64,000 bases of DNA from Octopus bimaculoides. Its lineage: Eukaryota. Positions 50,907 to 62,599 of the stretch are shown in pieces. The translations under genes were made by a program, and so were the position numbers. Where the stretch lies: positions 18,206,805 through 18,270,804 of the forward strand of contig NC_068990.1 of the NCBI RefSeq assembly GCF_001194135.2. The letters are read 5' to 3'. Position 1 is the stretch's first letter, and every line of letters starts with the position of its first letter. The notes under the pieces were generated by a model. The model worked only from the letters and a program-made list of their open reading frames with translations. It made no database searches and was not told where the DNA came from.

Positions 50907-51056
50907 CTTTCAATTTCTGTCTACCAAATCCACTCGGAAGGCTTTGGTCAGCCCGAAGCTGTAGTAGAAGTTAGTCGCCCAAGTTGCTACCAGTAGGACT
51001 GAACTGGGAACCATGTGTTTGAGAAACAAGCTTCTCACCACACAGTTACACCTGCA
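50907..51056 (-). mobile_element. SINE family C
   Basis: TCTACCAAATCCACTC...GCTTTGGTC...TAGTAGAAG...GGACTGAACTGGGAACCATGTG...CACCACACAG. Confidence 0.8.
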
Positions 51057-51664
51057 ATACAACACTTTTTATATTGCTTTCATTTTTATTGCGTAATAGA
51101 AATGACGAACGTCTTACGTTTTCAAGCTCGGAAAGATTCATTGTGTGAGACTAAACTACAGTGTTCTATCTGCAGAGTGGCATGAGGATTTCAAATACCA
51201 TGATACTTTAGACATTGTTATATACAGGGGGTCATCTGCACGACATACCCTTGCTCTTGCTTACAAGTTTTATACAATATAGTAAAAAATATAATATAAT
51301 ATTGTGAATAATAAAGATTGAAACATTGGAAAAAATAGTTCAATATATAACTGGTACGTGACATATCGGTGGTAGAAGGACGACTTGTAAAATTGATCTC
51401 TAACGGAATTAAAATAAAAAGAGAGAGGAGAAGTTAAAACTATAACGGATATTCTTCGATATGTTGTCATTCTATCACTTTACCAAGGGCCCACATATGA
51501 ACACTTAGTATAAATCTTGACTTTGTATTTCCCCCCTCACCCCAGGTGGGTGTAAGGCAGCGTCATGATTTATACATAGAATTCGTAAACAGACGTGGAT
51601 CGTTTAGATAGTGCTTTACGATTCTCCTAATTCACTATACTCTCAGCTAATATAAGGATTTCTG

Positions 51665-52292
51665 ATTTAGGCACAAGGACTGAAATTTAAGTATGGAGGG
51701 TTAGTTGATACTATCAACACCAATGCTTAACACGTACTTATTTTATTGATCTATAAAATATGAAACAAAAGTCGACCATCCAAAGATTTGAACTCATAAT
51801 ATGAAGGTATTTTATCCAACGTTCTAACGATTCTGTCCATTAACCATCCTTCTATTGAGGATAATAATCGATTCTAATTTAAGCCCAAAGCCAGTAACTT
51901 TGAGGATGATGTTTTAATAGATACCATCGAATTCATTGCTCGACTGGTGCTTTATTTTTAACAATCCCGAAAGGATGAAAAGTACATTTGACTCTAGTGG
52001 GATTTGAACTCAGAACGTAGAGAGTCTGTACGAATACCATTAGGAATTTTGTCCGACACTGAGGATTCTGTTAATCCACCACCCAAATATCAAAGATATT
52101 ACTAGTTTGTAATTTCGGCCCAAGGCTAGCATTTTGAACGGCAGTTAAAGTTTCAACCTTGAAAAGATGATAAAAAAAAATAAAAAAAAAGTAAATCTTA
52201 GTTGGATTTGAATTCAGAATATTATCTGTCGAAACGATTACCACGATGCATAAACTCCGACGTTGTGTTGATTCTACTAGCTCATTGCCTTA
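51665..52292 (-). mobile_element. Chain of three SINE family A copies (51665-51851, 51875-52085, 52110-52292)
   Basis: Each has GATTTGAA(C/T)TCA (B box, reverse complement) and a GCACAAGG/GCCCAAAG/GCCCAAGG tail; same orientation, under 30 bp apart. Confidence 0.7.
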
Positions 52293-53285
52293 CTATCTAC
52301 GAAAATAATAAATTACTGTTTTATATAATGTGGAAGTATATATACTATTAAGTGCATACTATTCAGAATAAAACCTGTGCAATGCGTTTCTGAAATGCAA
52401 TAAGGCTGTATTAAAACTATTTTTCATGGAAATGCTCTTTATTTTTATTTTCGGCTATTTTGACTGAAGCACGGTTACTGAGGAAAGTGATGGATAGGAA
52501 GCTTTCTGGTATCATCTCTCAGCTTAATAGCATAACTTTAAATAAAATACACATAATTAAGATTTCTTTGATGCTTTGTTATACATCAAGTCACTTGATT
52601 AAATTATGTTACTCGCAGAGTTTCAACAAGATTAAAGAAAGTTAATAATGCTTTCATTTTAACTTGGCTCAAAAATCACACATTTTGTTAGGAAGGAAGA
52701 CATTGAAGATGATAAAATTCATTCATTTTTCTTTTTTTTTACCAACAGCACTATAACTAGATAATATTAAGAAGTTCTGTATTTATTTCGTACATGAATA
52801 GAAGGCTCTGTATTGTACAAGGTGTACTGCCAATTGAAATGTCCATAAGTGGTAATAAAAGATAAAGTCGATCTCGGTAGATTTCGCAACAAAATAGTAG
52901 AGCGAGACTACATACAATAAATATTTAATCAGTCATGCTACAGTCGCTAGCACACTACTGGCCAATACTTTAAACATATTGCAGAAATGAGAGAAACTAT
53001 AATTACGTCAGGTATATATTTCGATTTTCTCTTTAAATTCTGCACAAAGACAGTGACGAGAGAATGAGAGCAAGTGAAGTTAACTAACTTTACAAATTTT
53101 TGAGTCAGGTAAATTTATTGATAATTAATATTATTACTCTTACTTGATTTTTAATGCCACCAAAGACAACTTTACTCTTCAATAAAATTCCATTCAATTA
53201 CTGGATTGAATATAATCGATTATTTCCCTTCTTCCAAATTCAAAGCCTTTGAATCTATGTTACAACTTAATATTATTATTCTGAT

Positions 53286-53735
53286 AAGGGTGGGGAGTTG
53301 TCAGAAACTTTAGCACGCCAGGCAAAATGCGTAGCAGTATTTCGTCCGTCCTTACGTTCTGAGTTCAAATTCGTCGAAGTTGACTTTTCCTTCCATCCTT
53401 TCAGGGTCGATAAAATGAGTACCAGTCGAGCATTGGGGATGATGTAATCGACTTAAAGCACTTCCCAAAACTTAGTTGCTTTATACCAAAATTTGAGAGC
53501 AACATTATTATTCTGATAAGGGTGGTGCGCTGGTAGAATCGTTAGCATACCGGGGAAAATGCCTAGTGATAAATTCGTCCGTCTTTATGTTCTGAGTTCA
53601 AATTCCCCTGAGGTCGACTTTGCTTTTCATCATTTTGGGCTCGATAAAACAAGTATCTGTTGAACACTGGGATCGATGTAATTGGTGTAACCCCTCCCTC
53701 GAAATTGCTGGCCTTGTACCAAAATTTGAAACAAA
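53286..53735 (+). mobile_element. Head-to-tail pair of SINE family A copies (53286-53500, 53516-53735)
   Basis: Both are preceded by identical ATTATTATTCTGATAAGGGTGG; bodies otherwise diverged. Confidence 0.85.
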
Positions 53736-53935
53736 TATTATTATTTTGATTTCTGACTTTCTGCATGTTATATGCCATATATTTACCTGTCAGATATAAT
53801 TTCAAATTGAGCCGAGTGTACTAAACACGCTGTTGTTGTAAAAGGGAGAAGCTATTCTTTTATGACACTACACCGACCAGCATATTTTGCATTCGAAACT
53901 GCCTTGAGTTGCATGAAGCCGAATCAAATTTTTAG

Positions 53936-53968
<33 letters not shown>

Positions 53969-54505
53969 TCAAAAATAATCAGAAAACCATGAAATGCTAA
54001 CAAAACTTTACAACAATGTTTTGCAAACAACCTAGTATGATTCCCTCTTTGCTAGTTAATGGTGTTAGATTCCTACTTTCAAAAAATGAAGAAACAAATG
54101 AACCAAAAAATAAATTATAGATCCATAACCAGCTTAACAACAACAATGTATAAATTGCTAACATCTGTCTTGACTGAATATACCTAATGTTCTTTTAATA
54201 GAAATTGGCATATTCTCTAATGAGCAAAAAAAAAAAATGTAAACGTGGGCCCTGTGGTTGTAAAGATAAGCTACTTATCAATAAGATGATTTTGTTAAAC
54301 TATTCAGCGATGACATCAGGATGTAATTTGGCCTCGGTAAATGTGCAGAAGCTACCTTTATCAAATGGAAATGACAAAAACATCCAATGTTGATCTTGAT
54401 CAGCTGAATCTTGTAAAGGAATTAGAGTCAGCGGAGAGCTACAATTACCTTGGTGTATTTGAAGGGGACGGAATCAAACATCCAATGGTGAGGGAAAAGA
54501 TCAGA
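53969..54505 (+). mobile_element. R4/Dong-type non-LTR retrotransposon RT fragment with internal deletion
   Basis: IPSLLVNGVRFLLSKNEETNEPK..NYRSITSLTTTMYKLLTS...EQK..CKRGPCGCKDKLLINKMIL jumps at ~54294 to LFSDDI..FGLGKCA...ESYNYLGVFEGDGIKHPMVREKIR; begins right after (AAT)n at 53936-53967. Confidence 0.82.
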
Positions 54506-54963
54506 ATGTTATGTTTAGAACAATGTAATATTGTGTATAAATATTTATAACCGTTATAATCTATGATTTTTCTTAATGATCACAGCTGTTTGATGATCGG
54601 TTAGTGAAACTGCATGCGAAACTGAGAGGAAGGGAGAGGGAAAGAAGGAGAGGGAGAAAAAGGGAGAGAGAGGGAGATAGATAGATAGATAGATAGAGAT
54701 AGGGATAGAGAGAGAAAACACTCTCCAGAGAAGGTAGGCAATGAAGTAAATGAAGGTATTGCAGTAAATAAAGGTATTGTATTTGCAGGTGATATTAACA
54801 TGTGTTTAATTAGAGAAACGTGATCTTCTGACTGAAGGGTCACATAGAATTTGTCCGATTCAAAACAGAAAAAAGAGTAATCTGGAACGCACTGAACGTG
54901 TTCGAGTTGTGAGGTAAAAAGTGAACGATGCGGGGGATCTCGCGCTGAAAAAAAGTCCATTGG

Positions 54964-55929
54964 ATGAAAGGTAAGAAAGAGGGAGAACTGGTTTGTAGTA
55001 TTGTTGTTAGATGCTGACTTTTGTCTCTACGCTTTCAACATATGTGGTGCTTTGAAAGATAACACCTTTAATTGATAAGAATTAATTTCTGGATATAAAT
55101 TTCAAGCTATTAATGCAAATCATAAGCATTCAAGTCACTTTATAATCATTTCGATAGGAAAATTACTGCGTTGTTTATTTAAACATATTAAGAGTTAATG
55201 CTCCTTTTTTTTTCGGCTTTGCAATTTTCCTGCTCGCTTCATAGAATTACGGTTTTCTTAATCTCTATTCAAAAATAATTATTTCAACGAAATTCTAGAA
55301 AATTTTTTCATTTGATTTTCAGATCTACATCAAATCTAACAGCTCAATGTAGGATAAACTGTTGTTTTCTATCAGTTTTACCTAACGTTTTATTTTATAT
55401 ATATATTCAATGACTGTTCAATCAATCTTACGGAATTAAACCAATATGCAAAATATAAAACAATTTATATTTAAAATTATCACTCCGTTCAGATACTCCG
55501 GGAAATAATTTCACTGTTTTCAATATAAATGTGAAAGTAGAATGTGGTGGTAAAATGTTCATTTCTGCTTGTATCCTATCAGAAGCTGCCACAATGTCGA
55601 CCCCTTGTTGCTTGTTGCTGTGTTGTGGCTTGTTTGTGTTGATCTCCCTGAAGGCTATTTTACCGGAACACAAGCTCTTAGAAGGGCCTTCCATGCTGGG
55701 CAGGTCGAAGAATAGAGGCCAGATTTATATGGACTACATCACAGAGATAAAAATTGGTTTGCGTAGAGCAGTTTCAAAAGGTATCGATGTCATTTCAGAA
55801 CCAATCATACCTGGGAATGAAAGTCTCTCCTTTCGGGAATCAGACACACGACATCTTGATCTGGACCAACGAGGGAGTCAGAAGAGAGACACCCTAAAAA
55901 TAGATGGGGGGGGGGGGCGTGCATACTAA
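54964..55929 (+). CDS. Candidate two-exon gene (54964-54970 + 55583-55929) for a small signal-peptide-bearing protein
   Basis: Donor AAG|GTAAGA at 54971; acceptor TTTCTGCTTGTATCCTATCAG| at 55582; spliced frame MKEAATMSTPCCLLLCCGLFVLISLKAILPE...; upstream in-frame TGA at 54946; second ATG in Kozak context GCCACAATG (55594); GC-enriched open frame. No homology recognised. Confidence 0.42.
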
Positions 55930-58900
55930 GGCCGAGTTGAATAAACAGATATCCTGTAGGAGAGAAGCAGAAAAGAGTCGGGAACAGGGGAGAAATGTCG
56001 TCGATGGGCTAGGTTACATGAGGATCGAAGGGCTTAAGTGAGGAAGTAAATCAGGGTCGCAGACATGGATGCGTAAGTACGAAGCTCATTTGGTGTGAAT
56101 GCGTGAGTAATAAACTTGTGTGAATTTGAGTACATTCTCACGGGATGATTCTTTAAAAAAGTGTTTTTTGCCATAGGTTTCTGTTGACTCTGTGCCTCTT
56201 GGCTGATGTTTGGTAGACAGAAGTATGTCGTATTTGTATATAATAACATTAGGATTCAATGTTCAATAATTTAAAAAAATAATAAATAGATATATCCATT
56301 ATCTACATTACATGCCTGTCTGACATTTTGTGTTTTTGAATTAAAAAAAAAAATCGGCTGATATTTCTTACACAACCATTTCCAACCATACGTTCCATTC
56401 TGACACGTTATGTTATGATCGGCATTATGCCAAATATTTCCACTACTTGCTGCCAGAATTGAGAGAAAATCTTCATAGATCTACAAAATAAGAATATCAT
56501 TAATATCAATTCTTATATAAAAAAAAAGAAAAAAAGAAAATGCTATTCGGCAACAACACTGTAACAATAATTGTTGCAGTTAAATAAAATGTGAGATAAG
56601 TTGGAATTTAATCAAAACATTCTATTGAATAATCTGTAGTTTAATCAATGAAAACTATGAGATACTCATCATAATGATAGAGCTTCGTTCAGTTAATAGC
56701 GTCATTTGAATAGTCTTCGTTCACTATTTAGTATTCGTCTATTGATACACATTTCGTTGAAAACACACACACATGTACATGGATATATATATATATGTAT
56801 ACACAAATACATATAAATATTTTATACATACATATATACATATATATATGGATATATATATATATTTATGTATATATTTTTATACATATATTAAGATACA
56901 TATATGTATACACACATAAGGTATATATACATTATGATATATATATATATATATAGATATAGATATATACGCTATGGTTTATATATTTCATATATATGAT
57001 ATATATATATATATATATGATAATATATGTATATCTATATATATATATATATATATATACATATATATACACACACACACATATATATATGTATGTATAT
57101 ATATATAATTATATATATATATCTATAATGATTTATGTAGCTGTCAATAATTATAATGTTAGAACTTATAGATGATTTATCGATCGAAGATGTTCCTTGG
57201 AATATCTAAACGACATATAATTTCTTAGAATTATTGATACAATTGAAGCAATTTGATATTCGAATGACGACGGAGATAAATATTTTCACCTATAAAATCC
57301 TGTGTTTAATGTTATGACAGATAAGAACAAAACAAAATCAGAATTGTCTTCGAAACCTTTGCAGACAATTTCGTTTCTAGATGGAAGTGTTAGAATCAAG
57401 TTAAATGCGCAATAATGCCATCTTCTGGAAATGGCGATGAATGAAGATTTAGGCTGATATTGAGATTATTCTACGTGAAAATTTCAACACCAACCTATTG
57501 AAGTGCTTGAATTAATGTGTCAAGCGTTGAGAGTGTTGTTTTGATATTTCAACTGATGACAACGAGGACAGACTGGATTCTTGACAAGGAAAGACTCTTT
57601 GAGCAATGCTTCTTCATCTACGTTTTCTTACATCACTTCTCTAATCTTGGAAAATGTAACATTAATGTAGAGATTTTCACATGAGTATAGGTTGGACACA
57701 GACTTAGACAAAAGCTTTTTACAGAGGCGTTATTTGGTTCGAAATTTTGGCACAAAGCCAGCAAATCCGGGGGAGGGAGACGTTTAGTGTTGTGCAATCT
57801 TGATGATATTGACCCAAATTAAAGACGTATGAGGTATCAACATTATTTTGATTTGATATTTCTACATATATCTTATCCCTTACTTAATTACCTGTAATCT
57901 ATAGGAATGATGAAATGGCTACAAATGTAAAGCAGTGTGTCCTGTTTCACGAATCAGAATTGACCTGGGATATCATTAACCACAAGGAATCCGATTCAAT
58001 AAAGGAGCCTTTAGAAAGTAGCTCGGCATTCTAAAAATTTCAACCGAATCTCTCTTAGTTCAATCGCTAATGTCTTGAAAAGGAAGTACTCAGTGACTAA
58101 TACGCCTAACAGTTTTAAAAAAGACTCGTTACATCATTAGATTGTGTGAAAAATACGACGAGATTGTTATGGCTGCAATATATTTGATAAAATGTATGCA
58201 AGATTAAGACTGACCTGGAGATAAGCAGATCAAATACAAATTCAGTTATATTATTCAGTCTTTAAAAGACAGCATCGAGCTTATGTCTTAATGCTTCATA
58301 TTTTCTTTTTTATTTCACACATTCCTTGGCAACAACAACAACAACAAAAACAACAACAACAACAGCGGTAACAACGAAACATATTAACACGGTCACCTGG
58401 TCCTTGAGTGCCTTTGGTGGACACCACTGTATTACAAGTATAAGTGAGAGGATTCTGATCTTAATATATAAGGCTTTTCCTTTCATTCTTTTGGTGCTAG
58501 ATCTAATCCATCACCATGTTGAGCACTATCATATTACTTGGCCGTCGGTTACTTGTAATGCATTCGATTATGTAGCAAATATGTAAGACAAGTTTCCGAT
58601 TTAACTTATATTAAGATCCTCTTTCTTTTCTTACACCAGTATCAGAGGTTTCAAATAAAAGGTCACAACAAATGCCCTTGCACGTCAGACTAAACCACAA
58701 GAAAGAATATTTAGCAAACTTTAACGCTGCTTTAGCCAGGGAAGCTATTCAATCTATTAGCGTGTTTGGTTTAAAAGTAAAGATGATAACAACATCAAAA
58801 GGAAGAGTTTTTCCTTGTTTGCTTTAAGAACTGTCAATGAAGAAACAAAGATAGTAATGTTATTTATATGCTATATATTATAAGTATAGAGTTTCGTAAT

Positions 58901-59164
58901 GTATATTATCAAAGAGGGAAAGGTTCAGAGAATCTAGACAACTTAATGTTATTTATAAGCAGTTTGTATTATACAGAAGAAATAAGTATGCGATTTCAGA
59001 AAAAAAGTATACCTCGAAAGTGTGAAATGTGTTACGGAAGACCTACCGCATGTCATCATCATGATCACGGTCATCATTATCACCTTTGTTATCATCATCG
59101 CCACTGCAGCAGTCGTCGACATCGTTCTTCTTCTTTTTCTTCTTCTTCTTCTTCTTCTCCATTC

Positions 59165-59450
59165 CTGACGTCGTATTTACGCGCTGAGTTCAAATTCCGC
59201 CGAGGTCGACTTCGTCTTTCATCCTTTCGGTGTCGATAAAATAAGGAGCAGTTAAGTACTGAGTTCAAGAAATCGACTCGCTCCTACTCTTCAAATTTCA
59301 GCCTTTGTATCTATAGTAGAAAGGATTATTAAAGCAAGGCGACGAGCTGGCTTTGAGCCTATAACAGAAAGAATTACTACTATTATTAAGACGAAGAAAG
59401 ACGGTGAGCTGGCAGAATTGTTACCACGCCAAAATTTGAAATCAATATTT
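59165..59450 (+). mobile_element. SINE family A chain: one 5'-truncated copy plus two internally deleted mini-copies
   Basis: GAGTTCAAATTCCGCCGAGGTCGAC...AGTAGAAAGGATTATT, then AAGGCGACGAGCTGGC-TTTGAGCCTATA, then AAAGACGGTGAGCTGGCAGAATTGTTACCACGCC-AAAATTTGAAATCAATATT. Confidence 0.75.
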
Positions 59451-60699
59451 CTTCAAATTTTAATATTCTGTATTTCAGTAGAACATATTGCATAAAGTAG
59501 CCATAGATACGATATTCTTGCATCCAAGACTAATTTTAATCTCAGAGCTTTTGTATCAAGTATAGCATTGGAGCTAAGTAACAGCAAAAAACAGCAGCAA
59601 CTATTCGCTTTCTACTCTGGAGAAAAGATAACTGATCATTTCCTTCTCTTTCCGTACATCAATCCTTCAACATTACTCATTTATTTGATTCATCTTCTCA
59701 TCCGTTATTTTATAGCCTAGATGATAAGATCTCTCTATTATTTCCAGGAGGAGAAAATCAAGTGTTAAAGCATTGGATTTTTTTTGCCATGCCTCAAGGA
59801 TAATCAATTCATTGACGTTTCCTCCTTTATTAATAAACAGAAGCGTAAATACGAATGAACAATTTTGGAAAGCTTCTTAGAGCAAAAAGAAGCCATGGGT
59901 GAGCCGAGTTCCTATTCTGATTGAGAAACGGAGCTCATCAGTAGCGTATCGCACAACCAACCGCAGCCGTTTCGTTAATCTTCAAGAGCATAATGTCTTG
60001 TAACGCTTAATGGGTTAAAGGGAGGTTTCATAATCATAGCTTTCCTTATAATGTACCGAGATTCTGTCACATAGCTAAAATACCATTTCTGTAGAGAATG
60101 TTGCTTGCAGTTAGAAATAATAAGCCAAATCAGCAATGAGAAACCCGAAGCAAGCCTGCAGTATTTTAGAGACTTAGTTGGATGTTTCTGACCCATAATA
60201 ATGGAAAAATATAAAAATTTCGTATAACATATTTTTATTACTTAAATTCTGTGCGATTATCTTTACAGTCAGTATTTCTAGGGGAACATTACAGTTTTTA
60301 ATAAACTAAAAAAAAAAAAAAAATTGTACGAGAAAATTAAACAAAACAGTTTCTGTCGCATTTCTAGATGCTGCCGTCTGGAAAGTGGGAAGGTATGAAT
60401 ACTAAATTTTGAGTATGGGTTTGGTATATTTTGAATTGCTATACTTATATTTCGGCGAGGAAAATTTGAAGCAAAAAACAAAATTCATTAATTAATGCAA
60501 AAGTGCTGATTGATAAAAATAAATTCAAGTGGAAATCTTAGGTAATTTTGACCTCAAAATACGTGATCAATTGCTTCCTTTAGTGCAACAACTGTTCAAA
60601 ATTTATACCTCCACTTTTATATTTACTTTCGCTTTCTAGTTTCTAATTTAAACCATTATATATTGTATATGATATATGATATACAATAATAAAAATGAC

Positions 60700-61065
60700 G
60701 GGAACATAAACCACCACAAGTTGTCCACAATTCTGAAGTTACCAATTTTTTTAGCCTCAGTGTTCAAAATGATCAAGGAATTTAGACTAACGACCTAGAC
60801 ATTATTGTGAAAAATCCTGTTGTAAAGACATGTTTTTGATGGATATTGCATCCTCAACTGACAGAAATACATTCCTGAAAACATTTGATAAATTGAGCAA
60901 ATATAAGGACCCGTAGATAGAAATCAGAAGAATGTGACATCTCAAAGTAGTAGCACTACTTGGAATTATATCAAAATGAGCAAACAATACGTAGACAAAA
61001 TATCTGGCGGCTCAAAAATAAATTAGATGCAAAAAGTCATACTTATGGATATCTCCTGTGGTTTA
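60700..61065 (+). mobile_element. Old R4/Dong-type RLE domain remnant
   Basis: EHKPPQVVHNSEVT...QNDQGI*TNDLDIIVK...TCF.MDIASSTDRNTFLKTFDKLSKYKDP*IEIRRM*HLK corresponds to the RPDI..D and EKL.KY.DL motifs of the restriction-like endonuclease. Confidence 0.72.
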
Positions 61066-61296
61066 CGTAAATTTCTCTTCAAGTAAATACAGTCTTATTC
61101 AGCTTTTATATAAATTTTATTGATTTTTTTTTATAATACACAAATACTGTTTTTTTCAATTACATGGCACTTCGTCTGTTTGCATTTTTTGATACAAATA
61201 GTTGTTGTCCCTTGTATGAATTAAAACAAAAGCAAATCGTAAAGAAGAAAAACAACGACATCAAAAACAACAGCAATAATACTAATAATGATGATG

Positions 61297-61338
<42 letters not shown>

Positions 61339-61341
<3 letters not shown>

Positions 61342-62112
61342 CCAAACTAAAACTAGAACAGCAACGAACCATAATAAAATGATGGCAAGAAAAGCCCCTA
61401 CATGGTAAATACTGGGCTAAACTAAATGCGAAAGAAATAGACAGAGAAAAATCCCAGCAATGGCTGAGAAGCTCAGGACTCAAAGCAGAGACTGAAGGAT
61501 TTTTAATTGCTGCACAAGACCAAAGCCTCCCCACCAGAAATTACCAAAAACACATAATGAAAAGAAATATAACAAGTAACAGTAGAATATGTGGAGATGG
61601 ACAAGAAACAATAAATCATATTATCTCTAGCTGCCCAGTCCTGGCTAAGAAGGAATATATTCACAGACACGACAGAGCTGGGACCTATATACACTGGAAG
61701 CTATGCCAACACTATGGAATAACAACAGAAAAAAGATGGTNNNNNNNNNNNNNNNNNNNNNNNNNNNNNNNNNNNNNNNNAAAAGAAATGGAAAAACTTT
61801 CAAAATACAAAGACCTGGAAATAGAGATAACTCGAATGTGGAATCTAAAAACAGAAACAATTCCTATCATAGTAGGTGCCTTAGGTGTAATAAAAAAATA
61901 TTCAGACAAATACATAACAAAAACACCAGGACTTACAAATATATATAACATACAGAAAATTGCACTACTGGGTACTGCACACATTCTACGCAAAACACTT
62001 TCAATACAGTAAACATAAGAGCACCACAGCAAACCACAGCACATACCCAAGGCGCACAGAGCTGCGCTCGGTAGTGAAGTGAAAACATGTTATAAAAATA
62101 AAACTACTGTAC
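61339..62112 (+). mobile_element. 5'-truncated R4/Dong-type LINE: zinc knuckle, RLE C-terminus and 3' UTR, flanked by (AAT)n
   Basis: One frame: ...IIK*WQEKPLHGKYW...ETEGFLIAAQDQSL...SRICGDGQETINHIISSC (CCHC with first C mutated to S)...RHD...EKLSKYKDLEIEITRMW...IVGALG...LGTAHILRKTL, stop at 62012; (AAT)n at 61298-61338 and 62113-62128; 40-N gap inside. Confidence 0.92.
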
Positions 62113-62334
62113 AATAATAATAATAATAAAAGGAAAATAGAGAAGAGTGCTACAGTTATCATGTGAAATTGGTTGAACTGTATTTCGGCATCTAGCATAC
62201 CTTGCACAGGTTCAAATATTACATGTCAGTCTACTTCATTTTTTGTTAAGATTATATAGGACTGAGGTAACTCCTCCAGAAGTTATACAGAAATACAAAA
62301 TAGAGAAGAGTGCCGTAGCTATCATGTGAAATTG

Positions 62335-62376
62335 ATCATGATAATATTAATAGTAATAATAATGATAATAATAATG

Positions 62377-62425
<49 letters not shown>

Positions 62426-62545
62426 CTATGGTCATCATCATGATCATGATAATGATAATAATAATAATAATAATAATAATAATCATAATCATAATAATAA
62501 TAATGATGACTGTGGTCATCCTCATGATCATGGTAATAATATGAC
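62335..62545. repeat. Compound (AAT)n/(GAT)n/(CAT)n microsatellite
   Basis: Directly visible. Confidence 0.95.
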
Positions 62546-62599
62546 CTGGGCCAATGATGGCCGAAATCTCAATTATCTAAATTATCTAAGGACATTGAA

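Noticed and set aside
59925-59975. Minus-strand CTGATGA near CGAAAC as a hammerhead
   Set aside because: No compatible stem II or stem I pairing.
62135-62334. 38-bp direct repeat (62135-62172, 62297-62334) as an LTR or TSD
   Set aside because: Too short for an LTR and does not flank an identifiable element; probably a local duplication.
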